Shown here in pieces: positions 24,001 through 37,097 of a stretch of DNA of 64,000 nucleotides. Below the pieces are notes generated by a model, which was not told the origin of the DNA, did not search any database, and saw nothing but the letters and a program-made list of their open reading frames with translations. A program made the translations under genes and the position numbers. The stretch's first letter is position 1. Every line of letters starts with the position of its first letter. The stretch lies in assembly GCA_043228905.1 (NCBI GenBank), contig JBHGNT010000005.1:12400001-12464000 (forward strand), read 5' to 3'. The stretch is from Azolla caroliniana (taxonomy: Eukaryota; Plantae; Polypodiophyta).

Positions 24001-24700
24001 CTTACCGGTAAGTTGGCCCGGTGGACTTTGTTGTTGCAAGAGTTCGAATTCGAGATATTCCACCGACCCGGCATACAGCATGCGGTAGATTCCGGGGAGA
24101 CAGGTGACGGAGTACCAGACGAGTTTTCGGATGCAGAGCTTTTTCGAGTCACCACGGAAACGGCAACAGATGAGACGGTGGCACAAGAAGATAAGTGGCT
24201 AACTAATATGCACCAGTTTCTGAGTACCGGATTGCCTCTGGAGGAGATGAACCGGGACGAGAGAAAATGCCTGGCGGTACAAAGCCGACACTTCTGTTTA
24301 TTACAGGACACGCTATACCACAAAGGTGCGGACGGTATCTGGCGACGAGCGGTGCGCAATGACGAGAAGGAGGTAATACTACGGGAGGCACACTACGGAG
24401 TCGCCAGAGGCCATTATGCCGGAGATGCGACGGCAAGGAGAGTATGACAAAGTGTCCTATGGTGGCCGACCACATTGAAAGATGCAGTCCGGTATGCGAA
24501 GGAGTGTGATCTATGCCAACGAATGGGTCAGCCAACGGAACAAGCTCGGATGCCACACCAGCCAGTCCTACCACTAGAACCTTTCCAGAAATGGGGGCTA
24601 GATTTTGTCGGGCCATTTAAACCACCGGCAATGAGAACCGGAAACCGGTATGTGATCGTCGCGATGGATTACTGCACTAAGTGGGTGGAAGCGAAAGCCC
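21005..24700 (+). mobile_element. Sister Athila-like gypsy fragment (gypsy-3): gag C-half, PR, RT, RH, INT N-half, with deletions and stops
   Basis: Three CX2CX4HX4C knuckles, [33 protein letters not shown]. Closely similar to gypsy-2 but on the opposite strand. Confidence 0.92.
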
Positions 24701-26446
24701 GTCGTTGTTCCTGGTGTTGTTCATCTCCTGAGCTTTCGTCGTAACGCCGGTGATCTCGATAGTGCCGCAGCTTACCACAATAACCATTGAAGCCGCCCTG
24801 TTTGTTTGTCGGCCGGTGATTCTCATAGCGCCGGCCCCCTTTAGCAGACTTGGATGTCCACGATAATCCTCGTCCTCTAGTTCGTCTTCCTCGGAATCGT
24901 TGTGATTTCGGCGATTCCGGTGGTGCCGGTCATCCCATGGGTTGCGATCCATATACCGTGGTCGGTCTTCTTGCCTCCTTTGTTCAGTCCGGCATGGCGG
25001 ACGTTGGGTGTCCATGTTGCGAACTGCGGGAGTGGCTCTATTCAACATATTGTATTCGCATTGTTCGACTGTGTGAGCCTTTGAGTGGCAGATTGGGCAG
25101 TTCATTCGCATATTGCACTCCACTGCGGAATGCCCTGAGTTCAAGCAAATCGTGCACTGGATTGCTTGACGAAATTGGCGTTCCTCGTCCTTGGCTAACA
25201 CTTGTCGTAAGGAGGACATAGAAAACCTTTCCTCCTCGTCCAACTCGAGTTGTAACGCTCGTTCAATGACCATATACACCGTTTCCCCTTTCACGCTATT
25301 GTTGTTGAGCATTGCCTGGATGGGTCGGCGTAATGCTGCCAGAAATGTTTCTCGAGCCTTGTCCTCCGCGGGGCTCCATTCTAGTTTTCGCCGTAAATTT
25401 TGGAAACGTAAGCTGAAGTTTGCTATCGTCTCGATCGGCAGTTGCTTAATCGTGTAGAATTGCCCGAGGATTTTGGGTTGTGGAACCCTCCGATGGAAGA
25501 ACCGCAAGAAAGTGGACTGCAGCTGATCAAAGGTTGTTATTGCTGGTAAATCCATCTATGAATGCCAAAACGCCGCTCACCCATCCAATGTTAACCCAAA
25601 ATCCGTCATTTTCGATTGGTGCGCTACCGCCTCCCAAAGGCTCTGCACCATGTGGTTCGCATTCCAGACATTAAGGAACATACGAATATGAGTTGCGGCG
25701 TCGGTTTCGCCGTTAAAGCGGGGGTAGGCAAAGGCCATGTTGGGGGCTACGGCGGGTCAGGAAAGACCATAGGGTGGCTGTGGTGAGCGTACTCCCCGCT
25801 TCTCGTCGGGGTATTTGGAGAGCAAAGAATCACCTTTGTAATCACGGTAGGTAGTACTGAGGTTCCTGAGGCGAGGCTTTTGCCGTGCGCGTTCTTCTGC
25901 CTGGCGTGTGACGGACCTTGTGATTGGCCGGTCTTGTCGTGTTGGTTCTTTGGGGCGTCTGCGGCTAAACATCCATTCGTCATTGCTCGTCTGTGAGAAG
26001 ACACAGATCACCAAGCGTGCCAAAAGTGTTACCGATTAGGAACACGGTCTGTGGTCAGTCCTTCGACCTAGACCTCCAAGTGGTTGTGGAACAACGAATA
26101 GGCGTCTATGCGTAATGCGTAGGGGAATGTTCCCTATAACCTATCAGCGTATAAGGGAGACAGCTACAACCGACTCCTTAGCAATGGTTACACTTACGTT
26201 CTTACACGCTCAGGTATTCCGGACACACAATAGATTAGCCGTAGCTATACACAAACTTTCTGAGAAGATAGAATTCTATTATGTTACGTTTCTTTACATT
26301 CCAAAATTATACGCTCCCTCTATCAAAGGTTTTCTGCCCTTTATATACACAAGGTTTATCTAGCCATTCACGCTTCCTGCGTGAACCGTTACATGCGTTA
26401 TGATCTTATATTATTTCTTATTCCTACGCTCTTGTCCGTCAGTTAC
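24700..26446 (-). mobile_element. 5' part of another Athila-like gypsy (gypsy-4): partial LTR 26027-26446, PBS, gag
   Basis: gag ORF 24677-25555 with CTICLNSGHSAVEC and CPICHSKAHTVEQC. LTR end TGTTACC at 26027. Confidence 0.88.
26009..26022 (-). promoter_or_regulatory. PBS, degenerate tRNA-Arg type
   Basis: TGGCACGCTTGGTG, 4 nt from the LTR end. Two C>T changes from TGGCACGCCCGGTG. Confidence 0.7.
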
Positions 26447-26580
26447 TTTTTTGTCTGTAATTGGTCCCAAGAAAGTAACCGCTGGTGACATTTTGCTACC
26501 GCCTTCCGTCAAGATTATTGATGATTCACAATACATAGTTACTATCGTCCAACCAATATCTCTAAACATTGAATCGAAGA
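26447..26580 (+). pseudogene. rpoA: Plastid rpoA fragment (NUPT)
   Basis: Translates SVIGPKKVTAGDILLPPSVKIIDDSQYIVTIVQPISLNIE, matching the recalled plastid RpoA motif GP..VTA.DI.LPPSV.I.D..Q.I.T...PI.L.I. Confidence 0.8.
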
Positions 26581-28060
26581 CAACAGCAAGGGCAATGCTG
26601 GAGGAGAAGAGCAAGCCCAAATTCTACAGGGCCGACGGTTTATATCCAAAATTGGATCAGGGAAAAGGTGTTAGCACACGAGTTGTATTTTGGGCAGAAG
26701 CTGAACTTGAGACACCTGATGGTATTTAGTAGCATTGTGTATGTACATTTTCTGGATGAGAAGAGGAAGAAGTTGGACGTGAACTCGGAGAAGTGCATAT
26801 TGGTCGGCTACTCATATGAGCAGAAGGAGTACAAGTGTTACAATCCCCGAACAAAAGAAGTTCAAGTAAATTGACATGTCAAATTTGACGCGTCGGCATC
26901 CTGGTACTCTCTACCGACTCCGACCACCCGATCACTGAGGATGAGGCTAACGAGCCCGACATGATTCAAGCCGAAAAAGAAGACATCGAAGCTCTAGAAG
27001 AGAGTTCAGAACGACCAGACGAATGATGAGCTGTCGAGTAATGGAGACTCGGTTGTGCACTCCCCCCCACAAGGAACCAAGGACACGGTACACATGCAAG
27101 GAAAAGGGGAAGAAGAAGATGTCAGAGTATGGCACCGACAAAGAAGATTCATATCAGCGCGAATCCAACACCGGAAAGAATGAAGACGGACCTTCATAAA
27201 CGAAGTCTGAGTCGGCCAAGAGGACCCTAAAATCAATGAACCAAAAGTTATGCCGATCTACCCGCTAGAAGAACCCCGTGTTGTAGTATGGATATAACGA
27301 GTACGTGGTGCACCATTATGCGTACATGATGAAGGTGGCGGAAGTGTGTGAGCTAGAGAGCTAAGCAAAAGTGACAAAGGACGCAACTGGCATGCCACTA
27401 TGAAGAAAGAAATGCGGGCACTCGACGCCAACGTCACATGGGACCTGGTTGAACCTCCCTGAAACTACAAACCGATTGGTTGCAAATGGGTGCATAAAGT
27501 GAAATACAATGCCGATGGTTCAGTCAACTAGTACAAGGCCCGACTGGTGGCCAAGGGATATGCACAGACCCACGAAATTGACTAAGACGAGACCTTCGCA
27601 TCGGTAGCGAAGATGTCGACAATTCGTGTGGTGTTGGTGGTTGCAGCAGCAAGGGGTTGGCATCTCCACCAAATGGATGTGAAGAATGTGCTTCTTTAAG
27701 AAACAAGAGTACATGGTCCAACAACCCGGATTTTAGTAAGAGATGAACAAATTGGTAGTGTGCTGACTCAAGAAGTCTCTTTATGGCTTGAAGCAAGATC
27801 CCGTGCTTGGAATTCGAAGATCACACAACGATTGCGTAAGATGGGGTTTGTGGCCTCCAAGTCCGACTTATCATTGTTCATCAGGAAAGGTCTGAAAGGT
27901 CCGATGCGCATTTTGCTATATGTTGATGACTTGGTCGTCACCAGACCCGACCTCACTGAAATCGATCGAATCAAGTCCTAGTTGTCGGATGCATTTAAGT
28001 TGAAGGACCTAGGGGACCTTCACTACTTCCTCGGGATCGATGTGATCCACACCGAAGACG
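26581..28060 (+). pseudogene. pol: copia family A fragment (INT C-terminus to RT), heavily decayed
   Basis: [37 protein letters not shown]. Confidence 0.9.
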
Positions 28061-28065
28061 ACAAC

Positions 28066-31000
28066 AGAGTTTTGAGTAATATTTTATAATAGAGTTTTTT
28101 GTGTTCTGCTCTCTCTATCTCTCCTACGTACTCTTTGTGTATTTCAAGCTTTCCATTAAACCTTCATTCTGTTTTCTGTTGCTATCCAGCAGAACCGGTT
28201 GTGTCTACAAGCTTCTGCACACTATTTTTACATGGTATCAAAGTGCGAGGGTTAGAACATCCTCTGTTGCCGACAAGAGTTGTAACACATACAAACCCTA
28301 ATACCCGGGAAGAACAGACAAAAGAGGAAATGGATAGAAGCATGGAAAGCTCGTCTCCGACGGAGAAGCATGACAGAAGAAACTATGCATCTTGGCCCTA
28401 CCACATGCACTAGTACATGATGGGGCACGACTACTGGAGTTATGTGGAAGGAGCAAACAAGGTAGCACCGGAGCTGACACACAAGGACTTCCCGGCATGG
28501 GAACAAGGAGCGAGCAGAGTGTTGTACTGCCTCGTGTCCTATGTGCATGACCAGATGCTCGACTACATCAGAGACGTGAAAACGTTGAAGGAAGCCTACG
28601 AAAACCTCAAAAATATTTTCACCGCAAGTACCACAGCACGAAAGTTGCAGCTCCGGCAAGAGTTCAACAGTGTCCGGCAAATGGACATGTCAGTCACTGA
28701 TTCCACCACGAAGATAAAGGAGATCTGCAACGCACTAGGTTCCATCAATGTGGCAATGGACGAAGAGAAAATGGTACAGATCTACCTCGATGGTCTAGCG
28801 CAGAGGTACGGGTCAATCCAGACATCGATATGTACTCGAGTGAAGCCACCATCCTTCTTCGACTTGCAATCGATGTTGATGATCAAAGAAAACCACATGA
28901 GTGGGTCGATGACCACTCAATTGGACAACAAGATGTTGTACACGGAGGCCGATCGGCCCCATGGGCATGAAGGATGAGGTGGATTGGCATGCTACAATGG
29001 CACCCGACAAGAGCCGGAAAGAAGGCATAAAGGTAGTGCCGACAACAGTTCTGGACCCTCCACAAGCACGGGGAGTCAATGCGGTGTCGTGTGGTTCTTG
29101 ACACATGTTATGAAAAATAACGAAATAATTATTTTAGATTAGCTTAATGGTTTGCTATGGAAAAGATGTATGTCTTCAAGAGCTTCTGACGCATTTTACT
29201 ACATATGAAACAGACAACTAAGCATCAAGTTATGTGAGTATGAAGTTTGAGAAGATGGGGAAACAAAACTGTGAGATATCCCACATAGATAGGATAACAT
29301 CGGGTCCAACAGTAAATAAGCAGACCCAGAACCTGTTACTTCATATATATGTGTTTTGAGCATAGAACAGTCGTAGTGATTTGGGCCGAATTGTTCAAAC
29401 AGACGTATGCGGCGGAACTTCTTGGACTAACAGATGTGGATGAAACTGCTCAAAACGATTTTGGAACGGTTCGGAACATCCAGAACAGGACGGTCGGATC
29501 GGTTGGGACGCGGGACGGTTCGAACGCGCGGATCAGTAGGTCGGGACTATCATGACGCGCGGATCGGTCGGGACGACTGTACGAATCATGCATAGGTCGA
29601 ACTATATGATTGCATGCAACTGAATGTGGAGTGCATAAAACTTTAGTCAAAAGACAATGCATGATCGAAAAAGCTATTCATGCACATCTCACATTCATGA
29701 ACGCTATTATTAGAAGAAAAAGTTGTGGTGGAACTTCTTGGAATAACAGATGTGGATTAAACTGCTCAAAACGATTTTGGAACGATTCGAAATGTCCGGA
29801 ACGGGACGATCGGCTCGGTTCGGACGCGGGACGGTTCGGACGTGCGGATCAGTCGGTCAGGACAGTCAAGACACGCGGATCGGTCAAGACAACTGTACGA
29901 ATCATGCATAGGTCGAATTGTATGGTCGCATGCAACTAAAGTAAAGGTCATGTGTGGACACATGCAACTGAACGTAGAGTGCATAAAACTTTAGTTAAAA
30001 GACAACGCATGATCGAAAAAGCTATTCATGCACATCTCACATGCATGAATGCTATTATTAGAAGAAAAAGCATGAAATCTATAGGAAGAAAAAACATCAA
30101 ATCTATAGTTAGAAAAAGCATGAATTGCTATGAGCTAAGCCTCTCCCATCACTATATAAGGATGGAAAGCACAATGTAATAGGGGGTTAATTTTTGTTTC
30201 CTTAAGGGATTGAAGCTATATCTCACATAAACCCTAATTTTCCTTACGGAAGCCATATCTCTCAAAATTCCTAAATTTTCTTATCTATTAATCTCTTTAA
30301 ACCTAAACTTTTGTAATCCCAATCTTGGGATAGATTGTAATTTTTCTTTTTCTTTGCTAAATTATAAAATTGATTAAACTTTCTCATTTTCGTTACTTCC
30401 TAAAGTGTAACCGCACGAATTTGGTATCCTTTGGTCGAAGGCCCCAGTGTCCTTCCTCAAGTTCACGTGTCTCTGTCGTATTTTTGTGACAGCGGTGCCG
30501 GAAACGGGCAAGTAAAAGCCATAACAAAATGCTAGTATTGTGGCAAGAAAGGCCACCGGGAGAGCGAGTGCTAGAAAAATCACATAAATTCGGATAAATC
30601 CGGATCCGGCAAGGCCGGACAAGGGAGTCGGCAAAGCTCACACTACGTTGAAGGATCGAAAGGATCCCGAATCGGAAAGACAAGAAAAGGGCCAACCTTT
30701 GTGATGAAGCACAAGGTAAACTCGCTCACGAAGACCATCCCACAATCGAATGAGGTGTGGTACGTTGACTCCTGAGCATCAAATCACATGACGAGCCATG
30801 AAGAATGGTTCTCATTCTTAGAGAAACCGGAGCAACCGGGAGTGGTCGAAACCGAAGACGACACTCTGCACCCGATCGAACATGTATGAGAAGTTCCCCT
30901 CAACCATGTCGGACAGAAAGGGAAACTTATGAACGTGTTGCATGCCCCGACAATAACCAAAAACTTGGTGTCGGTCGGGCAGATCATCGATCAATGATTG

Positions 31001-31285
31001 CAAGTTTGATTCACACATCTCGGGTGCTTCATCAAGGAAGAGGGCCAAATCATCAGGCAAGGGCGCTAGGACCGGAGGATGTTCATCCTCAACACCAATG
31101 ACGTTGGCACCACCTTGTTTGCAAAAGGATAGAAAGTCGAGTCAGATATTGACTTATGGCACAAGCGGATCAGCCGCGTCATCTACCAAAGGCTTCAGGA
31201 TCTGCAATTGAAACAAGTGGTATTCAGATTGCCAAAATTTAGTGGTCGGAAGGCCCAAATTTGTGTAGCCTGCCAGCTTGGGAAG
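28066..31285 (+). mobile_element. copia family A 5' part (partial LTR to 28232, PBS 28233-28244, gag, PR, GAG-pre-integrase) with nested solo LTR
   Basis: ...ttttaCA TGGTATCAAAG. gag ORF 28417-28977. WYVDS motif. Ends at CVACQLGK where the next LTR begins. Confidence 0.88.
29085..30491 (+). mobile_element. Solo LTR (1407 bp), 4-bp TSD GCGG, tRNA-Trp-family-like
   Basis: TGTC...GACA ends. gcgg at 29081-29084 and 30492-30495. Host gag resumes. Internal ~317-bp tandem duplication starting at 29413 and 29730. Confidence 0.9.
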
Positions 31286-33911
31286 TGTAAAAGTGAATAT
31301 GCAGAAGCTAAGACACAACTAGCTCAGCCGGATAGCAACAAAATACAAACACAGGTTTAATGGAAACCTTACACAAGACAGGGAGACTGAGGGAGCATAA
31401 TAGTAAACTCAATTCAAGATAATAACACTCTTTGTACATAATGTGCTCTGTAAGCACTTATATACAAGTCCTTAATAGGACTGACAGAAGTACCGACAAG
31501 TACTTTAATGCTCATACGAGCGACTGACACTGACTCCTAAAATAATCCTACGTACTAGGCTAGATTCGTAGGCCCCTAACGGCCTACCGGTTACAATCCG
31601 ATCCGTCTCTCTGATCCGGCTCTTGGTTCCGGATACCTATTCGGTTCTCCGTTCTGGATACCGATCCGGTTCTCCGTTCCGGATACCAATCCGGCTCTGG
31701 CTTATTCAACCGATCTGGATCTGGTTTAGCTTGTCCACTCACCACTCCCCCTCTATGGTAGCTGGTCCTCTCTTCCGGCTTTGCATGGCGTCCTCCCGCA
31801 TGGCTCGCGCTCCTTGTCCGGTCTGGTTTTGCTTTCCTCGACTCCTCCGGTTCCGCACTCCTCAATCTTCTCAGTTGTCTTGTCTGCTCGTAAGGTCCAT
31901 CTCAACTCCTTTGCTATTACGACTCTGGCGCGTCTCAACTTGTCAATTCCTCCGTGTTGGTGTCAACTTCCGTTGCCTCCTCGTCCGTTTGGCCTTCAAT
32001 TGATCTGGCTCCTCTGAATCAAACACCTCTTCCGAACCGGGTGCTTTCGATTCGTTCTAGCCTGTCCAAATTATTTTCTCCAATTTGTCCTCAATCTTCA
32101 GACCCTTTACACATCGGACCATGTCCGTGTCTTGGTCTTCCCAGTTTTGCCTCCCGCTTTTTTGGTTAGCTTCGGCTTCGGCTCTCCATTGCAGTGATTC
32201 TCTTGCGTCCGGTCTTGGCTTCTTCAATCGTCCCGTGCACTCCGACTTCTTCAATCGAGCCGAAATCGAAATCGGTTTTATACTTGGCTTTTCAGTCATC
32301 TTCCTAATTCCTCCTTTCATTCCTCCCCCTCAAGTTCGGCATATCGAGGTATTGCACACCCAGTGCACCGGAAAATTGTCGCAACTTGTCTAAGCCTAGG
32401 GGTTTGGTGAAGATATCTGCCACCTGCTGAACCATCAAAACATGTAGCAGTTCCACTTCACTGGAGAGAACTCGCTCACGGACAAAATGGTAGTGCACCT
32501 CGATGTGCTTAGTCCGGGCATGGAAGACGGGGTTCTTTGTCAACTAGATGCTGCTAAAGTTGTCACAATAGATCGTCGTCGGATTAGACACCTCCACTCG
32601 CACATCCTTTAGAAGCCTTTTTAGCCATATGGCTTCGCATGTTGCAACAACCGCTCCTCGGTACTCAGCCTTAGTGCTCGACAGTGCAACTATTAGTTGC
32701 TTCTTACTGCTCCAGGAGACCGTGGCACTCCCAAGTGAAAACTCATATATCCGGATGTAGATCTACGGTCGTCGGCATTTCCAGCCCAATCGGCATCCGT
32801 ATGGCTGACAAGTTGTTTGGCTACACCGGCCCGATATAGCAACCCCCGGTCCTTAGTGCTGCTAACATATCTTGAGATTTGGTGTGTGCACTAAAGGTGC
32901 ACACGGTTGGATGGTCCATAAATTGACTGATCAATCCGACCGGATAACTGAGGTCCGACCGGGTGAGGGTCGGATAGATAAGGCTTCCGACTATCTCTCA
33001 GAACCTTTTTGGGTTGCATGCCATTCTAGAGTCGGGGCGAAGCTTCACATTCTAGTCCAGAGTCAAGATGGATTTGTATTCCATCATACCGAATTTGAAG
33101 AGCATACTTAACACGTAGTGGCGTTGACTGATTAGTATGCCTTCCAGGGTGTGGATCACTTTGATCCCAAGGAAGTAATGAAGGTCACCGAGATCCTTCA
33201 TTTCAAATGATGCCACGAGTTGGGATTTGACGCGGCCGATTTCGACCAGGTCGTCGCCAGCGAGGACTAAATCATCAACATAAAGTAAAATACTAACCGG
33301 TTGGTTCCGACCTTGCCGGATGAAGAGAGAAGAGTCCTATTTCGATGGAGCAAACCCCATCCGACGCAGTCTCTGCGTGATTTTCATGTTCCAGGCGCAT
33401 GAGGCCTTGCTTGAGTCCGTAAAGGGACTTCTTCAGTCGGCAAACAACCGACGTGTTCATTTCGAACTGAAATCTGGGGGGTTGAACCATAAACAATTGT
33501 TCCTCAAGATCCCCTTACAGAAACCCACTTTTCACTTCCGTCTGATGTAGATGCCACCCCTTCACCGATGCCACAACAAGAAAGACACGAACAGTTGTCA
33601 TCTTCGCGATCGGCGCGAACGTCTCATTGTAGTCGATAATGTGTTGTTGCGCATAGCCCTTGCCCACTAACCGGGCCTTGTACCTGTTCACGAAGACGTC
33701 TGCCAATTCGGGCCCTTAGCCGCTTCTGCGTAGCTCTCCGGCTCACGCTCGACTACCACCTTCACCATGTACACATAATGATGTGCCATAAGTCATTGTC
33801 ACGTACCTTTTTGTGGGGTTCATCTGGCAGGTGGATCAACGTAACCTCTCATTAGCCAATTTCAAGACCCTCTTGGACGGATCAAACTTCGTTTCTGAAG
33901 GTCTGTCTTCG
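31286..33911 (-). mobile_element. copia family A 3' part (RT, RH, 3' extension, PPT ~31745-31755, 3' LTR 31286-31744)
   Basis: HARTKHIEVHYHFVRE, ADIFTKPL, RLKKSLYGLKQ. Minus-strand gagggggag before the LTR. LTR start resembles that at 55213. Confidence 0.88.
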
Positions 33912-36407
33912 TGTGTGGAAAAGGCACTCAGCCACAACTAAGTTAAACGCTCAATGGAAGATCAAAACAGAAATGGAGATTAATACACTAACACAGACAA
34001 CAGAGAGGACACGGGATGTTTACATAGAGAACCCTAATCGGGAACTCCAACTATCACTATGAGAGTAATGACGGTACAATAGGAGACTCTAAGGTGACCA
34101 CCGAGCTCTGAATCTTCGCCAACCGGCGGTTACAACAGAAACTATTTGTCTCTCTCTCACTCTCTGTCTCTCTCTGTGTATATCACAATAATGATTACAA
34201 CAACCTTATGAACACTATTGCCCTAGTTATATTTATACTCATATAACTTTAGGATTATTACAAATATGACCTCAACAGTCATGTCTCAACATATTTATCA
34301 ATATGTTCCTATCTGCTGGTTCATACCGGATCCAGACGGATTTCTTCCGGATCCATCCGGTCCAGTTGCTTCCTTCAGCTCGTCCGATCCGGCTCGTCAC
34401 TCTGGCATGGGATGTCTCGTCACTCTGATCCGTCTCCAACACACTTCCAGCTTGTTGGCTGATAGGACCTTGGTCAGCATGTCTGACCCGTTCTCCTTTG
34501 TATGGATCTTCGTCAACACGAACTCTTTATCTTCTACCTTTTCCAAGAGCCAGTGATATCTCGTCTGGATGCGCTTCGTTCGGGAGTGGTAGGTTGCGTT
34601 CTTCACGAGGTGGATGGCACTTTGACTGTCGTAGTAGAGCCGGAATTCCTCTTGTTGGATCTCGAGCTCCCCGATGAAGTCCTTCATCCAAATTACCTAT
34701 TTTCCGGCTTCTACGGTTGCCATATACTCGACTTCCGTTGTCAACAGTGCAACAGACTTCTGCAAATCTCAACTGCCACGATATGGCTCCCCTTACATAT
34801 GTCATGATATATTCGGACATGAACCGGCTGGTATCTACATTAGCCGACATGTCTGAATCTGTAAAGCATTCCAAAAAGTGGTTTACTAGAGTCGAATCGG
34901 AGGCACATACTCGAGGTTCCTTTCAAGTACCAGATTACCCACTTGACTGCGGTCCAGTGTTCTCTTCCCAGATTGCTCATGAACCAGCTATCCACTCTAA
35001 CAACATATCCGATATCTAGCCGGGTACACACCATTGCGTACATCAAGCTTTCGATGGTAGAGGCGTATGGTATCTTCATCATCTCCAACTTCTCTGCCTT
35101 TGACTTCGGGCTTTGCTTCCCGGACATCTTGTAGTTTGTCGGAAGTGTCGATCCGACCGGCTTTGCATCCGTCAAGTTGAACCTCTAAAGCACCTTTGTC
35201 ATGTACTTTTCCTGTGACAACCACAACTGCTTCTTCGACTAGTCCCAGATTATGTGCATCCCTAGGATGTGTCTCGTTGGACCCAGATCTTTCATTGAGA
35301 AGGTCCGGTTCATGGCCTTCTCCATGAAGACTAAGTCTCGACTCTAGAACACCTTCTTGTCGACCAAGTCCCACACTTGGTACCCGAACTCATCATCTCC
35401 GTATCCAAGGAATATGCATGGTCGGGACTTCAGATCCCACTTTTCAACATGTACAAAGAGAGACAACCGAACACCCTCAGATGTTGGTAAGACATGTCTT
35501 TATTGGTCCATACTCTCTATGGTGTGTCTCCTTCCGAGGGTGTTGAGGGTGATCTATTTATTACATACATTGTCGTCATCAACACCTTAGCCCAAAACGT
35601 CTTGGACAACTTAGCATGTGTAAGCATGCTCCGGACTCTCTCCATTATGGTCCGGCTCATCCTTTTCGCCAACCCGTTCAGTTCCGGCATCTTCGGCACG
35701 GTGAATTCGAGTTGGATTCCCTTCGACTGGTAGTACTCATCGAACTGCTCCTCAGTATTCTCCTCCGTTGTCCACTTGAACCGCCTTCAGCTTCCAGCCG
35801 GTTTCCCTTTACACTCTCGCGTGGAGTTCCTGAAAGACAGACAATACCCGATCCTTCGTCTTTAGGGGTGAGACCCACAACTTCCGGTTGTGGTCATCTA
35901 TGAACATCACGAAGTGCTGCGATCCGGCATGGGACTTTGTGTCCACTTGGCATACATTGATATGCACAAGTTCAAGCGGTGCATACCGTCTTTACGATGG
36001 TGTCGACTCGAAAGAGGTTGTGTTTTTCTTTTTGGCCAAGCAATCGATGCACTTCTCAAGTTGCACGTCTTTCACCTCCGGAATGAGGTTGTCCTCGGCA
36101 GTCTTTGCATTCCCTTCTGGCTCATGTGGCGCAACCTCTTGTGTCATAGCTCACCGGCAGTGTTGGATGCCATGTTCACTTCCTCCCGGCAAATCCGGGC
36201 ATGCATCAAGTATAGTGTGTTGATCTTCCTGGCTCGGGCCACGATCAGGCTTCCTTTGTTGAACTTCATGACTCCGTTCTGGGTGCTACTCGTGTAGCCT
36301 TCATCATCTAGCCGATCAACTGATATCAAGTTCAACCGAACCTCCAAAATGTGTCAGACATCCTTCAACAGCAACTTGCACCTGGTTGGTGTTGTCAAAC
36401 ACACATT

Positions 36408-36959
36408 TGTTGGGAAACAAGTCCCTCTGGATGGGAAGAGAAGAACCAAGTTGGTGAGTAACTCAGCCTCAGCCGAGATCAAAATTGAAAACCCAAATCG
36501 ATTCGGAAGACTATAATTGTAAATAGTCTAAAACGCCCCTTGTGGGCCATACTTGTAAATAACCTGAAAATTGTTTTGGTATAAAAACAACTAGGGCAAA
36601 CTTTATAGAAAGTGGTTGATCATTAGTTTTTATAGAGTTAGTGGAGGTAGTTACCTTCGTGACTGTGAAAGGAAGAGTGAGAGTGTGAGAGTGCAACTCT
36701 GTAGCCGTCTATCAGACAAAGGAGAACTTGAGGTCATTGCCTCTGAATTCCTCATTGTACTTCTTCCCTACCATAGTGATCTGTTTGGAGTTTGTGGACA
36801 CCACATGGTTTTTCCCAGTTCGGGTTTCCACGTTAAACATCTGGGGTCTCTCTGTACTTGTTTTTCCTATCTTCACGTTTTCTGTCTGTGTACTAGCTCT
36901 CTTGTTTTCTACACCCGAATATGAACGTGTAACCAGTTGTGGCTGGTTGATTCCTAACA
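36408..36959 (+). mobile_element. Solo copia LTR (552 bp) without TSD
   Basis: TGTTGGGA...CTAACA. Similar to LTR 46431-47037. Host frame RIVGIG|DVCLTT resumes. Confidence 0.85.
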
Positions 36960-37097
36960 AAGCTCCAATGCCGACAATTCGACATGCACCTTCATTTCCC
37001 ATTAGGGTAGAACCTTGATCTCTAGCTATGTATGATGACAAGCACTTTCGGTTGGGGGTTAGATGTGTTGGGAGATAGGTCCCTCTGGATGGGAAAG

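Noticed and set aside
8784-26446. One giant element bounded by the LTRs at 8784 and 26027
   Set aside because: The two LTR sequences differ, the enclosed gags belong to different families, and no TSD is evident.
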